Assembly (NCBI GenBank): GCA_951406725.2
Contig: OX597820.1
Location: 76,508,001 to 76,572,000, forward strand
DNA: 64,000 bases
Origin: Octopus vulgaris
Taxonomy: Eukaryota
Direction: 5' to 3'
Part shown: positions 12,802 through 25,070 of the stretch, piece after piece
Layout: each line of letters opens with the position of its first letter
Numbering within the stretch: the stretch's first letter is position 1
Position numbers and translations under genes: made by a program
The notes under the pieces: generated by a model
What the model saw: only the letters and a program-made list of their open reading frames with translations
The model's database searches: none
What the model was told of the DNA's origin: nothing

Positions 12802-12902
12802 AATAATCGATGTAGGACATAAATATTTCCATGATATTTTCCAGTAGAGGTTTGGTGCTTTACCAAGCATCATCTTGATATCATCAGAAAAATTTTCAAA
12901 AC
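12802..12902 (-). CDS. SLC6 exon (IL5-TM11), 101 bp
   Basis: (G)FENFSDDIKMMLGKAPNLYWKISWKYLCPTSII matches the F..DI..MLG..P..YW...W....P motif. Acceptor ctaatag|GT, donor ATT|gtaagt; phase 1 to 0. Confidence 0.95.
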
Positions 12903-13499
12903 CTATTAGGTTTCATGATTTCATGAAAAAGCACAAAAAAAAAAAAAAGAAACAAAGAAAGAAAAATTATTATTGGAAACATTGAAAGAAAATCAATATG
13001 CAATTAATTGTTAATATATTCTATATTCCGTTCTGGTAAATATTTAGCTTCGATGTTGATTTTAAATCGTGAGTTAGAAAAATATATTGTACTTTGTTAG
13101 CGTTGTGTTGTCCATTTATTAAAAGTATCGTTTATTGCTTCCACTGTGTATGTAAATACATTGGCATGTATATACATGCCTGCGACTCTATGGTTATAGA
13201 TATGTATGTATGAATGCAGGCGTGTATGTATGTAAGCATATATGTATGTATAGATGTATGTATATATAAATTCATGTTCAAGTGTATGCATACGCAAACA
13301 CAGACACACGCATATATATATATATCTATATATAGAGAGAGAGAAAGAGAGAAAGAGAGACAGAGGGATACATTGATAGAGATAGATAGATTGATAGCTA
13401 GATAGATAGGTAGATAAACAAATCCGTATATGCATCATGGTCACTATATATATATATGTGTGTGTGTCTGTGTGTGTATATATATATATATATGTATAT

Positions 13500-13568
<69 letters not shown>

Positions 13569-13570
<2 letters not shown>

Positions 13571-13836
13571 TGGGGTTCGAAAAATCTCTCAGCAGTAAGT
13601 ATTTTATTGCAAAATAAATATTTACAAGATGGTAAAAGATTGCAAAATAATATATTAGACTTTACATTATTTAAAAAAAAGAAAAAACCTTTATAAGAGA
13701 TGCTGAAAGTGTCGTCCTTCATTCTCAATACATAAGTTGACTCTTCTACACGTTTTGAAATACATGTAGAAGAGTCTGACTTCCGGAAAATTAGGATGAA
13801 GAATAATCACTGCGGAGAGACTTTTCGAACACACTG
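13569..13836. mobile_element. Tc1/mariner-type MITE
   Basis: Left TIR ca.tggggttcgaaaaatctctcagcagt versus reverse complement of the right end cagtgtgttcgaaaagtctctccgcagt; TA follows the right end. Confidence 0.7.
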
Positions 13837-13849
13837 TATGTATGTGTAT

Positions 13850-13906
<57 letters not shown>

Positions 13907-14378
13907 AGCAAAACGCCCCCCGTCCAATAGACGGTGTTGAATCATATCTGCTGAATAAAAAGCAATCAGTGTTTTCTTTTCATTAAAAATAATTGAGCAT
14001 GCCTTTATTTCAATAAAATTTTGGGGTTTTGTTAAACGATGTTAAGGCAAAAAACATATCCTTGAGAAACCAAATAGTCTTTCATGCCAACTTTGAAGAA
14101 AATATCACTTTTGCATCTTTCATTTTGCATTTTGTGGCATTATTTCAAGCCAGCCGGCTTTTCGTTTCCACTTCACGTGCGTTTTTCTCGTGTACGCGTA
14201 GTATCGATTGCAACAGCTGATGTACTTGCGCGTACAAATGCACGTTCCCGTGGCTTTATCGAACGCATTCTCACCTGGAATCGATTTTTGTAATATTTTC
14301 AAGACTTATGCACGCCCTTATACCGTCGGTATCTACATAACAAATTTGAGCGCAATCGGATGCGCGCGCGCGCGCGCC

Positions 14379-14409
<31 letters not shown>

Positions 14410-15129
14410 CAAAACTAAAAGTAAAACCGTAAAAAACAACAGAAGTCATTTAGACGTACACGTTAAGTATATTAGGTCTATGTCCAGTGAGAGTTTTAGA
14501 CGAAAATATAGGAGTGGAAATGATATTTCGAGCATGGCTCATCGTCGTTGGAACGAGAAAAAGTCCAGAGAGGAAGGAAAGGACGAAGGAGTAGATGGCC
14601 TGGAGAGAAATACGTGCGTCTTCCACATTCACTTGAGCTGTTGACGACTATGGAAGAAATCGAGGGAAAAAAACTAGACTTTATGCAAGGTTAACTTAAA
14701 GTTAGATTTGTCTCGGGTGTGAGATAGAGTATGAAGTATGTGAGGAAGTGAGTGATGATATTAGATGTGTCTGGTGTTGTATTGTACCTAGAAAGAAATT
14801 TACCCCCTTTATAATGAATCGACACAGATTACACTTTCCACCTTAATTTTGTCAGCATTTATCAAAGTGAGAAAATGGATAACCAAAAGTTGTATTTTTA
14901 ACACTATTCAGTCCCTGCAAGGCAGCCATGTTGTGATATAGTCTTAGAGAGTTTAGTCAAATAAATTTCCCTCCTATGTTTTCCTTTAGGTTGGTAATTA
15001 TTCAATCGGTTTCTAAAGGCAGAGTCTCTAAGCTATTTACACGTAAACAAACAAGCAGCGGTTTTCAAGTGATGGTTTCAGCGAAGACAGACACAAACAC
15101 ATATACACATATAATTTAAAATAGTTTGA

Positions 15130-15780
15130 TTCAGCCTCAAAAAAACTTAAACTTTCTCAGCCTGGCAAAGTCTGCACCTTCTGCTACAGTTGAAGTAAGG
15201 TTTACAACTATCCAGCCCTCTCCACTTGATGTAATTTGTGGTGCTTTACTTCAACAACGATACATGCCTGTCCAGATTTGTGGTATTACGTCTATCCTGG
15301 ACATGAAAGACATATGTTTGTTAGATCTGATTCTAAAAAGACCTTCTGTCACGCCCATATACTTCTGCATATTTGACTATTTACTAGAGTCCTTTGTCAT
15401 TACCCCTGCCTCACATACAATAGTCTCTGTGTTGCAGTGACCATTAAGGGGACATGTGATATTACATCAGCATGAGCATCCTACTTCTGTCTACGGTTGG
15501 GCTACCTTTAAGTAGTTTTTATGCAAGGAGCACAGCTAAAAGAAACTCTTATAGTGTATTTGTTAAATATTTTATAGAATCTATTCATTAGAGGAAGTAT
15601 TTATTCACTTAAATGAGAAAGATCTTACCTACTCAAGTTGTTATACTTAGTGAGGAAGGGAAATATGAAACAATACTATTCAGCATTTTAACCTGTGGGA
15701 TTACTGTCAAGCATGTAACTAATCTAATCTCTAAAACTGCTGGAAACCAGGGCCTCATTGTAGTACAGGGCAGCGATGTT
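15130..15780 (-). pseudogene. Decayed Penelope-like element C-terminus (thumb/linker, Cys knuckle, GIY-YIG endonuclease), possibly Naiad-type
   Basis: Minus-strand remnants KIFNKYTIRVSFSC, GCSC*CNITCPLNGHCNTETIVCEA, KYMGVTEGLFRIR and IKWRGLDSCKPYFNCSRRCRLCQAEK. Confidence 0.75.
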
Positions 15781-16405
15781 GAAAATTTCTTTATTTGAAG
15801 ACAGAGGGGAGAGTCTTTTTCCGGTCCCCTTCACTAGGTTGCTAAACACTATTGATGGATGTCAGGAAGATGTGTTAATGAATGTCAACCATCCGACGGG
15901 CTTCCTCTAGGTTTTCCTTCACCAAATTCACTTACAAATCATTGGTTGGTCCGTATCGATAGAAGACACTTGCCAAGATACTCCGTAGAGGAACTGAACC
16001 CGATATCAGGTGGCTGTAAAGCGATTCTCTTTAACCATTCAGCCATTCCAGCGCCTGGATACAATAACAAGAAAATATATACAAAATGGTGTAAGGGAAC
16101 TGAAGCTAAACTAATTTCGTTTCTGTCATTCAGTGCTTAATAGTTTTGACATATCCGTGGAGACGAAATATATTTTAGACAAGCGATTTTAACAGCATAA
16201 CACTTAATGCACAAAGGGAAATGCAATACTTTTGAAATAGATTATTGCATATCTGATTGCGCCTTTTCCATTAGCTCATTTTAATATTGATGTGGAAATA
16301 TAGTTTCTTGTAGGATAAGTGCTTTGATGTAAAAAATATGCATGATTGAATATATTTAGAGATAGAACAAGGTAGAAACGATGCGTGAGAGAAAGGGAGG
16401 ATAAC

Positions 16406-16474
<69 letters not shown>

Positions 16475-16629
16475 GATAAGGATAGAGAGAGAAAAGAGTT
16501 AAAAAGGGCTATAATTAGTTTTAAATGTGAAGTGTCAGAAAAGAGATTTAAAACAAAATAATTTAATGATTAACTATATTTAAACTCATACTCAAATATT
16601 ACATTCTTTTTAAAGCTCGTATATATATT

Positions 16630-17082
16630 CTGTTTTATTCTTTTATTTGTTTTAGTAATTTGACAGCGCTCATGCTGGAGCACCGCCTTTTAGTCGAGCA
16701 AATTGACCGCAGGACTTACTCTTTGTAAGTCTAGTACGTAATCTAACGTTCTCATTTTGCCGAATCGCTAAGTTATGGGTACTACAACACACCGCCATCG
16801 GTTATAAAGCGATGTTGGGGAGGGGGAACAAACACAAACGCACAAACATATACACACACCTAAATATATACATACATACATATATACATACATACATACA
16901 TTTATATATATATATATACATACAACAGGCTTCTTTCAGTTTCCGTCTACCAACTTCACTCACAAGTCTTTGGTCGGCCCAGTGGTGTAGAAGAAGATAC
17001 ATGTCAAAGCTACCATGCAGTGGGACTGAACTCGGAACCTCGTGGTTGGTAAGCAAGGGACTTACCACACAGCCACCCCTGT
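16630..17082 (-). mobile_element. SINE family A
   Basis: Complete tail-microsatellite-head layout. Confidence 0.85.
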
Positions 17083-17121
17083 GCATACACACAAACATAC
17101 ACGCGCACACGCACACACACG

Positions 17122-17175
<54 letters not shown>

Positions 17176-18030
17176 AAATACAAAAATTGGTCAAGAACGC
17201 AAAACATCCAAGCAGCGAGGTGAAACAAAAAAGGGACAACAAAACATCAAAACAGACGACACTAGGAAAATTAGGACGAAAAAAACCCCAGAGAAATATT
17301 ACACAAATACAAATAACAGAACATAACAACAGGTGTTTTTCGACTAAGGACGAATTGAATTATACTGGCGTGTGAAGAAGTAAAGCCTTACGGCAGGGAC
17401 ATAAGATTTAACAAGCACACGAAGGAATATAGATGTTACACGGACAGTAGTCCAACAAAGAAAGAAAGGTCAGATCTGGCCGAACACCGGTCACAGAGGA
17501 CAGAAGAGAGAGAGAGAGGTAGAGGCAAAGGGATAGAAGAATTAAGGAGTGGGGAAAGAAAAATGAAAGAGACAGAGTGGAGTGAAAGTGAGCATGAAGA
17601 GAAGGCCAGGAAATGTGAGAGACGGGGAACGAAAGAACGAAGTGTGGAATGAACGAAGTGTGAAAGGGCTGAAAGAAAGAAGGAAAGATGAAAGAATACA
17701 AAGAACAATAGTGTCGTACAATATGTTGATATATATATATATACTTACATAAAGTGTATGTGCCGCTATATTTTTTATATGTAAAAAATAGAAAAATGGG
17801 ACAAGAACGCACAATATCTAGACAGCCAGGTGAAACAAAAGAGGAACAACAAAACATCCAGACAAATGATACAAAGAAACCAAGGACGGATCATTCTGAG
17901 TCCCCCATTCTCAGTCGAGTTCCAGACCATCCTCGCAACCCTTGCTGGTTATATTCGAGATTGCTCCAATCTGGTCAGCCCCAAGGAAAAATAAGCTAAG
18001 AGCATTACATTCCTTGGAAGAATGCAGCGA
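17176..18030 (+). repeat. Unclassified interspersed repeat; related copy at ~45800-46100 on the minus strand
   Basis: atgggacaagaa.g...aaaacatccaga...aaagaaaccaaggacg and ccaaggaaaaa.taagctaaga are shared with the reverse complement of 45800-46100. Confidence 0.6.
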
Positions 18031-18033
18031 ATA

Positions 18034-18538
18034 TCTATATATATAAAACTCTAGTTGTGTGAGTGTCTGTCCCCTTCGATTTAGATTCCTAACTCCTCCC
18101 ACATTTTGCGGTGCAGTTTAACCAAATTCGGGTATCTTATAGTCGTGATTCATATCGAGCCCGTCTGACTATTAGCGCGCGTCAACGATGAGTCTACGAT
18201 TTTAAAAATAATTTAACATCATTTTTTATTCCATTTTAATGCATAAAATGCATCGTGTGTCGATGGCGGCGGAGTTGGCGTCCACGCTCACAGCTGCACC
18301 TGTTTGCTTCTCCCCCTTCCCTCCCTCGTGAAGCTGTGGGGAAGGGAGTGTAAAGAAATCAACGTCGTAATGCGTTGTGAAGGAAACCAGCGTTCTTTTA
18401 GAACAACGACTTCATGGCTTGAAGACACCAAAACAAAAATGGCTAAGAAAGCCCGAATTTATAAGGGAAGTAACTCTCTAAAAATGCTTATATAGTTATT
18501 TCCCTTACAATCCCGAGCAACGCCGGGCGATACTGCTA

Positions 18539-18539
<1 letters not shown>
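18034..18539 (+). mobile_element. Non-autonomous Helitron
   Basis: 5' TC(TATATAT), 3' hairpin cccg..caacg.cggg followed by CTAG, inserted between A and T with no TSD. Confidence 0.8.
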
Positions 18540-18592
<53 letters not shown>

Positions 18593-18595
18593 AGT

Positions 18596-18935
18596 GAAGG
18601 CGCATGGCTCAGTTGTTAGAGTGATGAGCTTACGACCATGAAGTTGTGAGTTCGATTTCCGGAACGGGCTGCGTGTTGTGCTCTTGAGCAAGACACTTTA
18701 TTTCACGTTGTGCCAGTCCACTCAGCTGTAGAAATGAGTTGAAACATCACTGGTGCCAAGCTGTATCGGCTTTTATCTTTCCCCTGGATAACATCGGTGG
18801 CGTGGAGAGGGGAGGCTGGTATGCATGGGCAACTGCTGATCTTCCATAAATGACTTTGCCGGGACTTGTGCCTCGGAGGGCAACTTTCTAAGTGCAATAC
18901 CATGGTCATTCATGACAGAACGGGGTCTCTTTACC
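18596..18935 (+). mobile_element. SINE family C (tRNA head, ttgagcaagacact...cactcagctgtagaaatgag body)
   Basis: A/B boxes (tggctcagttg, gagttcgatttcc); closely similar copy at 40718-41051. Confidence 0.85.
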
Positions 18936-19039
18936 CTTTATATACAGAAATACATACATATATGTATACACACACACAGACACATATATATATAGAAAGA
19001 GAGAGAGAGGAGTGTTTAATGCATGTAACGCATATAGAG

Positions 19040-19075
19040 TACTAACAGTACAACCCGGCTTTGCCCGTGATTAAA
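19040..19075 (-). mobile_element. Helitron-like 3' terminus
   Basis: Minus strand cacgggcaaagccggg-ttgtactg-ttagt resembles the 3' end at 18512-18540; 5' extent not determined. Confidence 0.45.
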
Positions 19076-21123
19076 TTAGGATTATTAAGCTAACCAAGTT
19101 CTTTATTTCAAACCAAACTAAGTAACATCGACGTCAAACCAGGACTCTACGCAAATGCTTGCAACAAAATGTTTACACTACAATAGTTGTCCACAATGAC
19201 GGCACAAAATCTATAATGCTAAGACGAGTGCCAGGTAAAATATAAGCCTTAATAAGATAAATGTTCCACTGAACGCTGCAAAAGTTTTGTTTTAGCAAAC
19301 GTCACTGACAATACTTTAGGAGACTTTGGTTTTGACAACATTTTTCAAATATGTAGCACATTTGAATCTAAGAGAGTAACCACAAAAATATGAAGTAAAG
19401 TTTTTAACCACATAGATATTCTTTGCTATAGAAATGATTAAATATAATGACTGATTCGCAATGGACTGTGAATCTCTCGCCTCGTACTGACTTTACGACT
19501 AATTCGGATTCATATAGTTATCTGCGTGTTTACTGCCATATTTTTTTATTAGAGGTTTTACAGTCGGTAGTTTTAATTATCAGATAGACAAATAAAACAT
19601 TACATGTGAGACTAGGCGGAGGGCTCAGACGTCGGAAATATAGCTCAGTTCTGAGTTCAAATCCTGTCAAAGTCAATTTTGCCTTTCATTGCTTCCTGGT
19701 CGACACAATTACACTGGGGTCGATGTAATTGATCTCTCCCATGAAATTTAATAGCTCTGAATCCTGAAATGAACCGGCGTCCTGTTGAGGGCAATATTGG
19801 GATCTTTGCCACTCATAAGCTGAAACCTAGAGCAAGCCTTATGTGCCCTACGGCTCAAGAAAGCAATGTCTGTGAGATGCTATCAGCTTAAGATGTCCTG
19901 TTATAACGCCAAATAGGAAGAACATTTTTAAATGGTTTGATTTGTGTTTCTGCGGTTGTTATCATGCTGGATTAAAAATATAATATCGAACTCATTGCAT
20001 TACGCAATCGGCAACTCTAGTGTAATATTTTAACCGTCTCTACAATCTCGATATTTTCACATAACACATAATTACAGATATATGATACCAACTGCAACCA
20101 GATGTTTATTTGTGTTTCAACGAATATTTGATTAATTTCTAGCTTGTTCCCATAGTAATCACCAACCTGTTAAATTATTTGGAAGACATTGTACAGTGAT
20201 AAAGAAAAATAAATAACAGGAGAGCGTAAAACTATATTTAGTTTCGACTTTCGAATAATTTATCCCTTCAGGTTAGGTAAAAAAAATGTTAAGATTTACA
20301 TAATGGAACTGATGTAATCAAATACACCCATCTATTAAGAAAATGTCATTGCACCAAGTAGAAGAAAATCTTTGTTCAAATCAAATTGCTACAACCAATA
20401 TGTTAAAAAAATGGTATATAATACGTTAAATATCCCTCACAAAAAAGAGAGAGAAATAAATTTAAGAATATATATTATTTCTCGTCTTTTCATTTCATTT
20501 TACTCTGAAATAGTTATTTTTTCCTGAAACTTGCAAATGCCATAAATAATAGACTTTCGAAAATCACGTTGGTTTTCTGAAGCGTTTGGTTTCTATTTTG
20601 ATATTTTTTTGACAGGTAAATTGATATATAAAATCTTAGGCTGCAACGTAAATTCACCGATTTTCGAAATTTATTGTCAGTTTCAGTTACTTTTGTCGTA
20701 AATCTTAAATACCACTAGAAATGATGCGAACTTCTACGTGGCCGCTCAAATTACACGAAGTGGCAGTGAAATATCTCCTCAAAGTAAAACTGTACTGCCT
20801 TAAAACAAAGAGCACATTGAGTAATCTTGGGTAACATATCTACGGAAAGGATGAATGGTCATGTCTGAAACGCTCTGATCAGAACGGAATTCGGGGTAAA
20901 CAATAAAAACAGTAAGTACCAAATTAAGATTACTGTCGTATAGGAACTGAACTTGATCATAGTTAAATATTCTCGATAGAGGACATTATTCTAGGTAAAC
21001 AGTCTAAATGGTGAAGTAGTTCTTGCTTTTGCTGGCGGTGGTAGTCGTACTCAACACGAAGACGGTCATCATTGAGTGGACTTATGATAAAAACATCGCC
21101 TTCATATCGTGTTATTCTTTCAA

Positions 21124-21473
21124 TTATTTACATTATTTACATTTGACGGATATTTGTTCTCATATTGTTTTTTGTTAACACAGCGTTTCGGCTGATATAC
21201 CCTCCAGCCTTCATCAGGTGCCTTGGAGAAATTTCGAACCTGGTATCGAAAAATACCTTAGGAATGAGAACCAAGGTTCGAAATTTCCCCAAGACACCTG
21301 ATGAAGGCCGAAACGTTGTGTTAACAACAAACAAGATGAGGACAAATATCCGTCAAATATAAATATAAATAATGTAAATAGTGTACATAATTCCTTATCT
21401 CTTAAATATAAGTATAACATAATTCCTTATCTCTTAAATATAAGTATAATTCCTTATCTCTTAAATATAAGTA
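21124..21473. mobile_element. Inverted dimer of the HHR-bearing tail with 12-bp TSD
   Basis: Arms ~21124-21243 (-) and ~21271-21380 (+). TSD ttattctttcaa at 21112-21123 and 21474-21485. Three copies of ataattccttatctcttaaatataagt at the right end. Confidence 0.85.
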
Positions 21474-21794
21474 TTATTCTTTCAAATTTAACATACACTG
21501 GACTATTATAATATGGCAGAGTGCGGCTTTTGGTGGGAGTTTGCGCGAGATCATTTAGGGGCTCAGATTTCTCCTTACCTTGTCAAAATGGCTTTCCTGT
21601 AAGGATGGATTATTTTCTTAACCAGGAACAAGAAAGTTAAACTTATAATATATGTAAACATATAAACCAGGAGCTAGTACACGTGAACCTCATCGGTGTG
21701 ACGATTTCAACTCCCTGATAATTACATCTAATAACGTCGCATAGTAGCTTCTCGAATCACCAGCGAAGGTATTATTTCATCTATTTTTTAAAAT

Positions 21795-22047
21795 CTTTTA
21801 TTCTTTTACTTGTTTCAGTCCTTTCACTGCGGTCATGCTGAAGCACCGCCTTTTGTCGAACAAATCGACCCCAGGACTTATTCTTCGTGAGCCTAGTACT
21901 TATTCTATCGGGTCCCTCTTTTGCCCCCCTCTTTTGCCGAACCGCTAAGTTACGTGGGCATATACACACCAACATCGGTTGTCTAGCGACGGTGGGGGTA
22001 CAAACACAGCCACACATACAAACACACACACAACCACACACACACAA

Positions 22048-22080
<33 letters not shown>

Positions 22081-22245
22081 CGACGGACTTCATTCAGTTT
22101 CCGTCTACCAAATCCACTCACAGGGCTTTTGGTCGTCCCGAGGCTATAGTAGAAGATACTTGCCCAAAGTGCCACGCAGTGGGACTGAACCCGTAATCAT
22201 GTGTTTGGAAAGCAAGCTTCTTACTACACAACCACTCCTGCGCCT
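21795..22245 (-). mobile_element. SINE family A
   Basis: Full layout, well conserved. Confidence 0.88.
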
Positions 22246-22605
22246 AGTTTGCGAATCGCAAATGCTTTTAGTGATGTCATATATTTTCTGCAACTGAATA
22301 ATGCAGTTATATATAGAGAAAGTAAAAATTTTGTATTTTATTTATTTTATATCGCAGTTGATGGAACAAAAACCTCATTGGTTGCATGTTTCCCACGGGA
22401 AATTCATCGTTTTATTGCGTTTCCGATGACAACATTAAGAAAACAATAAAATTTCACTCGATTCAGAACAAAAATATTCAAGAGATTTCTTTGGTTAAGA
22501 ATCGGTTATTCACCTGCCCTGAGATCCTTCATGGATATACACACATGCATATACAAATCGTCTTAAGAATTGAATAGAAAGACATCTCTGATGGATGTTA
22601 CTCAC

Positions 22606-22705
22606 CGTATATATAGCTTATTGCGAGGCACTCTAACATTGTAACCAGGAGCAATGGAAAACCACTGATGCTGAAGTCTATCAGGTTTAAAAGAAACATT
22701 CCACC
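22606..22705 (-). CDS. SLC6 exon (TM10), 100 bp
   Basis: GGMFLLNLIDFSISGFPLLLVTMLECLAISYIY(G). Acceptor atttcag|GGT, donor TACG|gtgagt; phase 0 to 1. Confidence 0.95.
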
Positions 22706-23099
22706 CTGAAATATGAATCATTGAGTACATTGTTAGAGTGGGGTCGTTACTATTATTATAATTACCATCATCATCATCATCATCATATTCATCCTCATCA
22801 TCATTATCATCACTTCCACCATCACCACCTCACCTGCCACTGCCGAAACAGTATCATCCACCATATCATCCTCATGCTCCCCATTATCTTCCTTTTAATC
22901 AATGACTATTAGATAACATTCGAAACATAAAGGATTGCCAGACTGAGGATTATCAGAGTAAACACCTTATAAGGTTTTGGCTTTGTGCTTTTGTAAGGAA
23001 CAATGTATCTACGAAACAAAATACCAAAAATTATGACGAGAGGTAAATGCGAATATTGAATGTTATTTGTTTTCTTGCTGTTGTCTTCTTCTTCCAATC

Positions 23100-23550
23100 A
23101 GGACCCACACCATTAGCCACAAAGAATAATTCCTAATTCGAGCCTACTCCAAGCTACTAAGAATGCATGCGGCAACTTGAAGATCCACCCATCACACGCA
23201 ATAGACTGGCGATTGCACGGGCGCGAAAGCTACGTTGTTATCCTCATTCTGTAAATGGTGGCTTTTAACGGGTGGAGAGCTGAACCGTCCTGGGAGTACA
23301 GAGGATTCGCAATCTAGACTAGGGTCTGGAAGTTTACCACACAATAGTGGATTACACCATGGTTCCTCTGCTTTGTGGCAGAAGTAGGATGAAAGAGTGA
23401 GAGAAAGTTGTGGTGAAAGGGTACAGCGAAACCTCGTGGTGCTTAGGTGTTTTTGCTCAATAAATACTCACAATGCCCGGTCTGGGAATCGAAACTGCGT
23501 TCTTACGACCGCGTGTACGCTATCCTAACCGCTGGCCATTGCGCGTCCAC
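23100..23550 (-). mobile_element. SINE family D (tRNA head), head/body at 23390-23550
   Basis: Reverse complement matches the 5' part of 42293-42667. Confidence 0.7.
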
Positions 23551-23815
23551 TCTTGCTGTTATTGTTTAGTATCTGATCATTCTTCGCAATCAGATCTATA
23601 ATATAGGCACACCAACCGTAAATATCTTGTTAGTCATCTTATTTTTTTACTCTATACTTACATAACTACATATGGCAATATGGCCACTAACATGCATGTG
23701 TAGTCGAGAATTTCGCTCTGTAAAAAAGTGCTTTCAGATTCAATCCCACTTCACTGCAACATTGATAAATATATTCCACTAACATTTCGGTTTAACCAAT
23801 ATCATGTTAGTGGAA

Positions 23816-24027
23816 AGGCGGCGAGCTGGCAGAATCGTTAGCGCGTCGGGCGAAATGCTTAGCGATATTTCGTCTGCCTTTACGTTATGAGTTCAAATTC
23901 CGCCCAGGTCGACTTTGCCTTTCATCCTTTCGGGGTCGATAAATTAAGTACCAGTTGCGTACTGGGGTCAATCTAATCGACTGGCCCCTTCCCCAAAAAT
24001 TCGGGCCATGTGCCAAGAGTAGAAAAG
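23816..24027 (+). mobile_element. SINE family B monomer with 18-bp imperfect TSD
   Basis: ggcggcgagctggcagaatcgttagc...gagttcaaattcc...gcctttcatcctttcggggtcgataaattaagtaccag. TSD aatatcatgttagtggaa (23798-23815) / aataccatgttattggaa (24028-24045). Confidence 0.9.
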
Positions 24028-24112
24028 AATACCATGTTATTGGAATTTGCTTTGGGCACTGGAAATACTATGGAATCCCATCATATATTATTCTTCATAA
24101 GGAAAGCTAGAG

Positions 24113-24163
24113 CACTAGGCTAGACTAGTTTCGTCTCAAAAAACAAAAGCCTCGTCAGTAGTG
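24113..24163 (-). ncRNA. Minimal type-I hammerhead ribozyme motif (Penelope-type)
   Basis: CTA-CTGACGA-GgCT...AGaC-GAAA-CTAG-TC-TAG: palindromic stem III ACTAGT, GUC site; stems I and II are short or mismatched. Confidence 0.55.
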
Positions 24164-24205
24164 ACTACTCTATCGCCGAATGGTCGGGCTAAATCTCAAC
24201 TGTCA

Positions 24206-24240
<35 letters not shown>

Positions 24241-24540
24241 ACACATAAATTTATGGTTGATTTAGCGAAATGCTAATGTGAAAATTATTAAATAACGAAG
24301 GTAGCTTTACGCAATATAAAACAGAAATGAAAAATTCAGTTGTCACAAATTGTGTCCGGGATTGCTGGCTATCGTTGCGCCAGAACAATACCAACATTCT
24401 GTTTGAACACGGGAGTCTAAAAATAAAGAAAATAACTATAGTCGCTTTTATAGAACTTATACAATGTAAGCTGAGATAGTACATAAAGTTCTATCATTTA
24501 TAAGCCATCTTGGAATACTCTCAAAACACTCACTCTTTTC

Positions 24541-24597
24541 CTAGCATCTGATGAGATGGATATGTCCTATGCACCCACGAAACTTTACGTCATGTAG
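24541..24597 (+). ncRNA. Type-I hammerhead ribozyme motif
   Basis: ctagcat-CTGATGA-gatgg...ccac-GAAAC-tttac-GTC-atgtag; stem I cta(g)cat/atgtag; ATTAAA downstream. Confidence 0.65.
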
Positions 24598-24932
24598 AGC
24601 TGAGTTAAGCTGTTATTAAAAATATGTCACCAGTAGCAAATGTATTGGGTGTCACTCTCTTTTGCTCACTCGTATTATATTAATCCGGCCGCATGTGTAT
24701 GTGTTTTTTGTACAAACGTATATATGCTTACCGGTGACTGAAGTTACATCTATTTATTTATGTATATGTAACGCAACAATTCAATAAATAGAGAGCTCTA
24801 AAATAAGTGAAAATCTGAATGAAATACTCTGGGTCGAGTGGATATGATTGATTAAAGCCAGCGAACACAGCGCTACAGAATGACCGCAATCAAACGACTG
24901 AAACCAGGAAAATAATAAAACAATATACTTAC

Positions 24933-25070
24933 ATTACACAGCATTGGTAAACCAAGGAGGAAGGAGATGGCTATGATCAATGCACGAACACAAATAGTTC
25001 TTGGAATGGTATTAATATATGTACGTAGTTCATCCAATATAGAACTCATCACGCATTCTACAATAGAAAA
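24933..25070 (-). CDS. SLC6 exon (TM8-TM9), 138 bp
   Basis: FSIVECVMSSILDELRTYINTIPRTICVRALIIAISFLLGLPMLCN. Acceptor ttgttttcag|TTT, donor AAT|gtaagt; phase 0 to 0. Confidence 0.95.

Noticed and set aside
15467-15469. In-frame TGA in the Cys knuckle (CSC*C) as selenocysteine of a Naiad-type element
   Set aside because: It falls at the position usually Arg (CxCR), so CGA to TGA decay explains it, and the element has many other stops.
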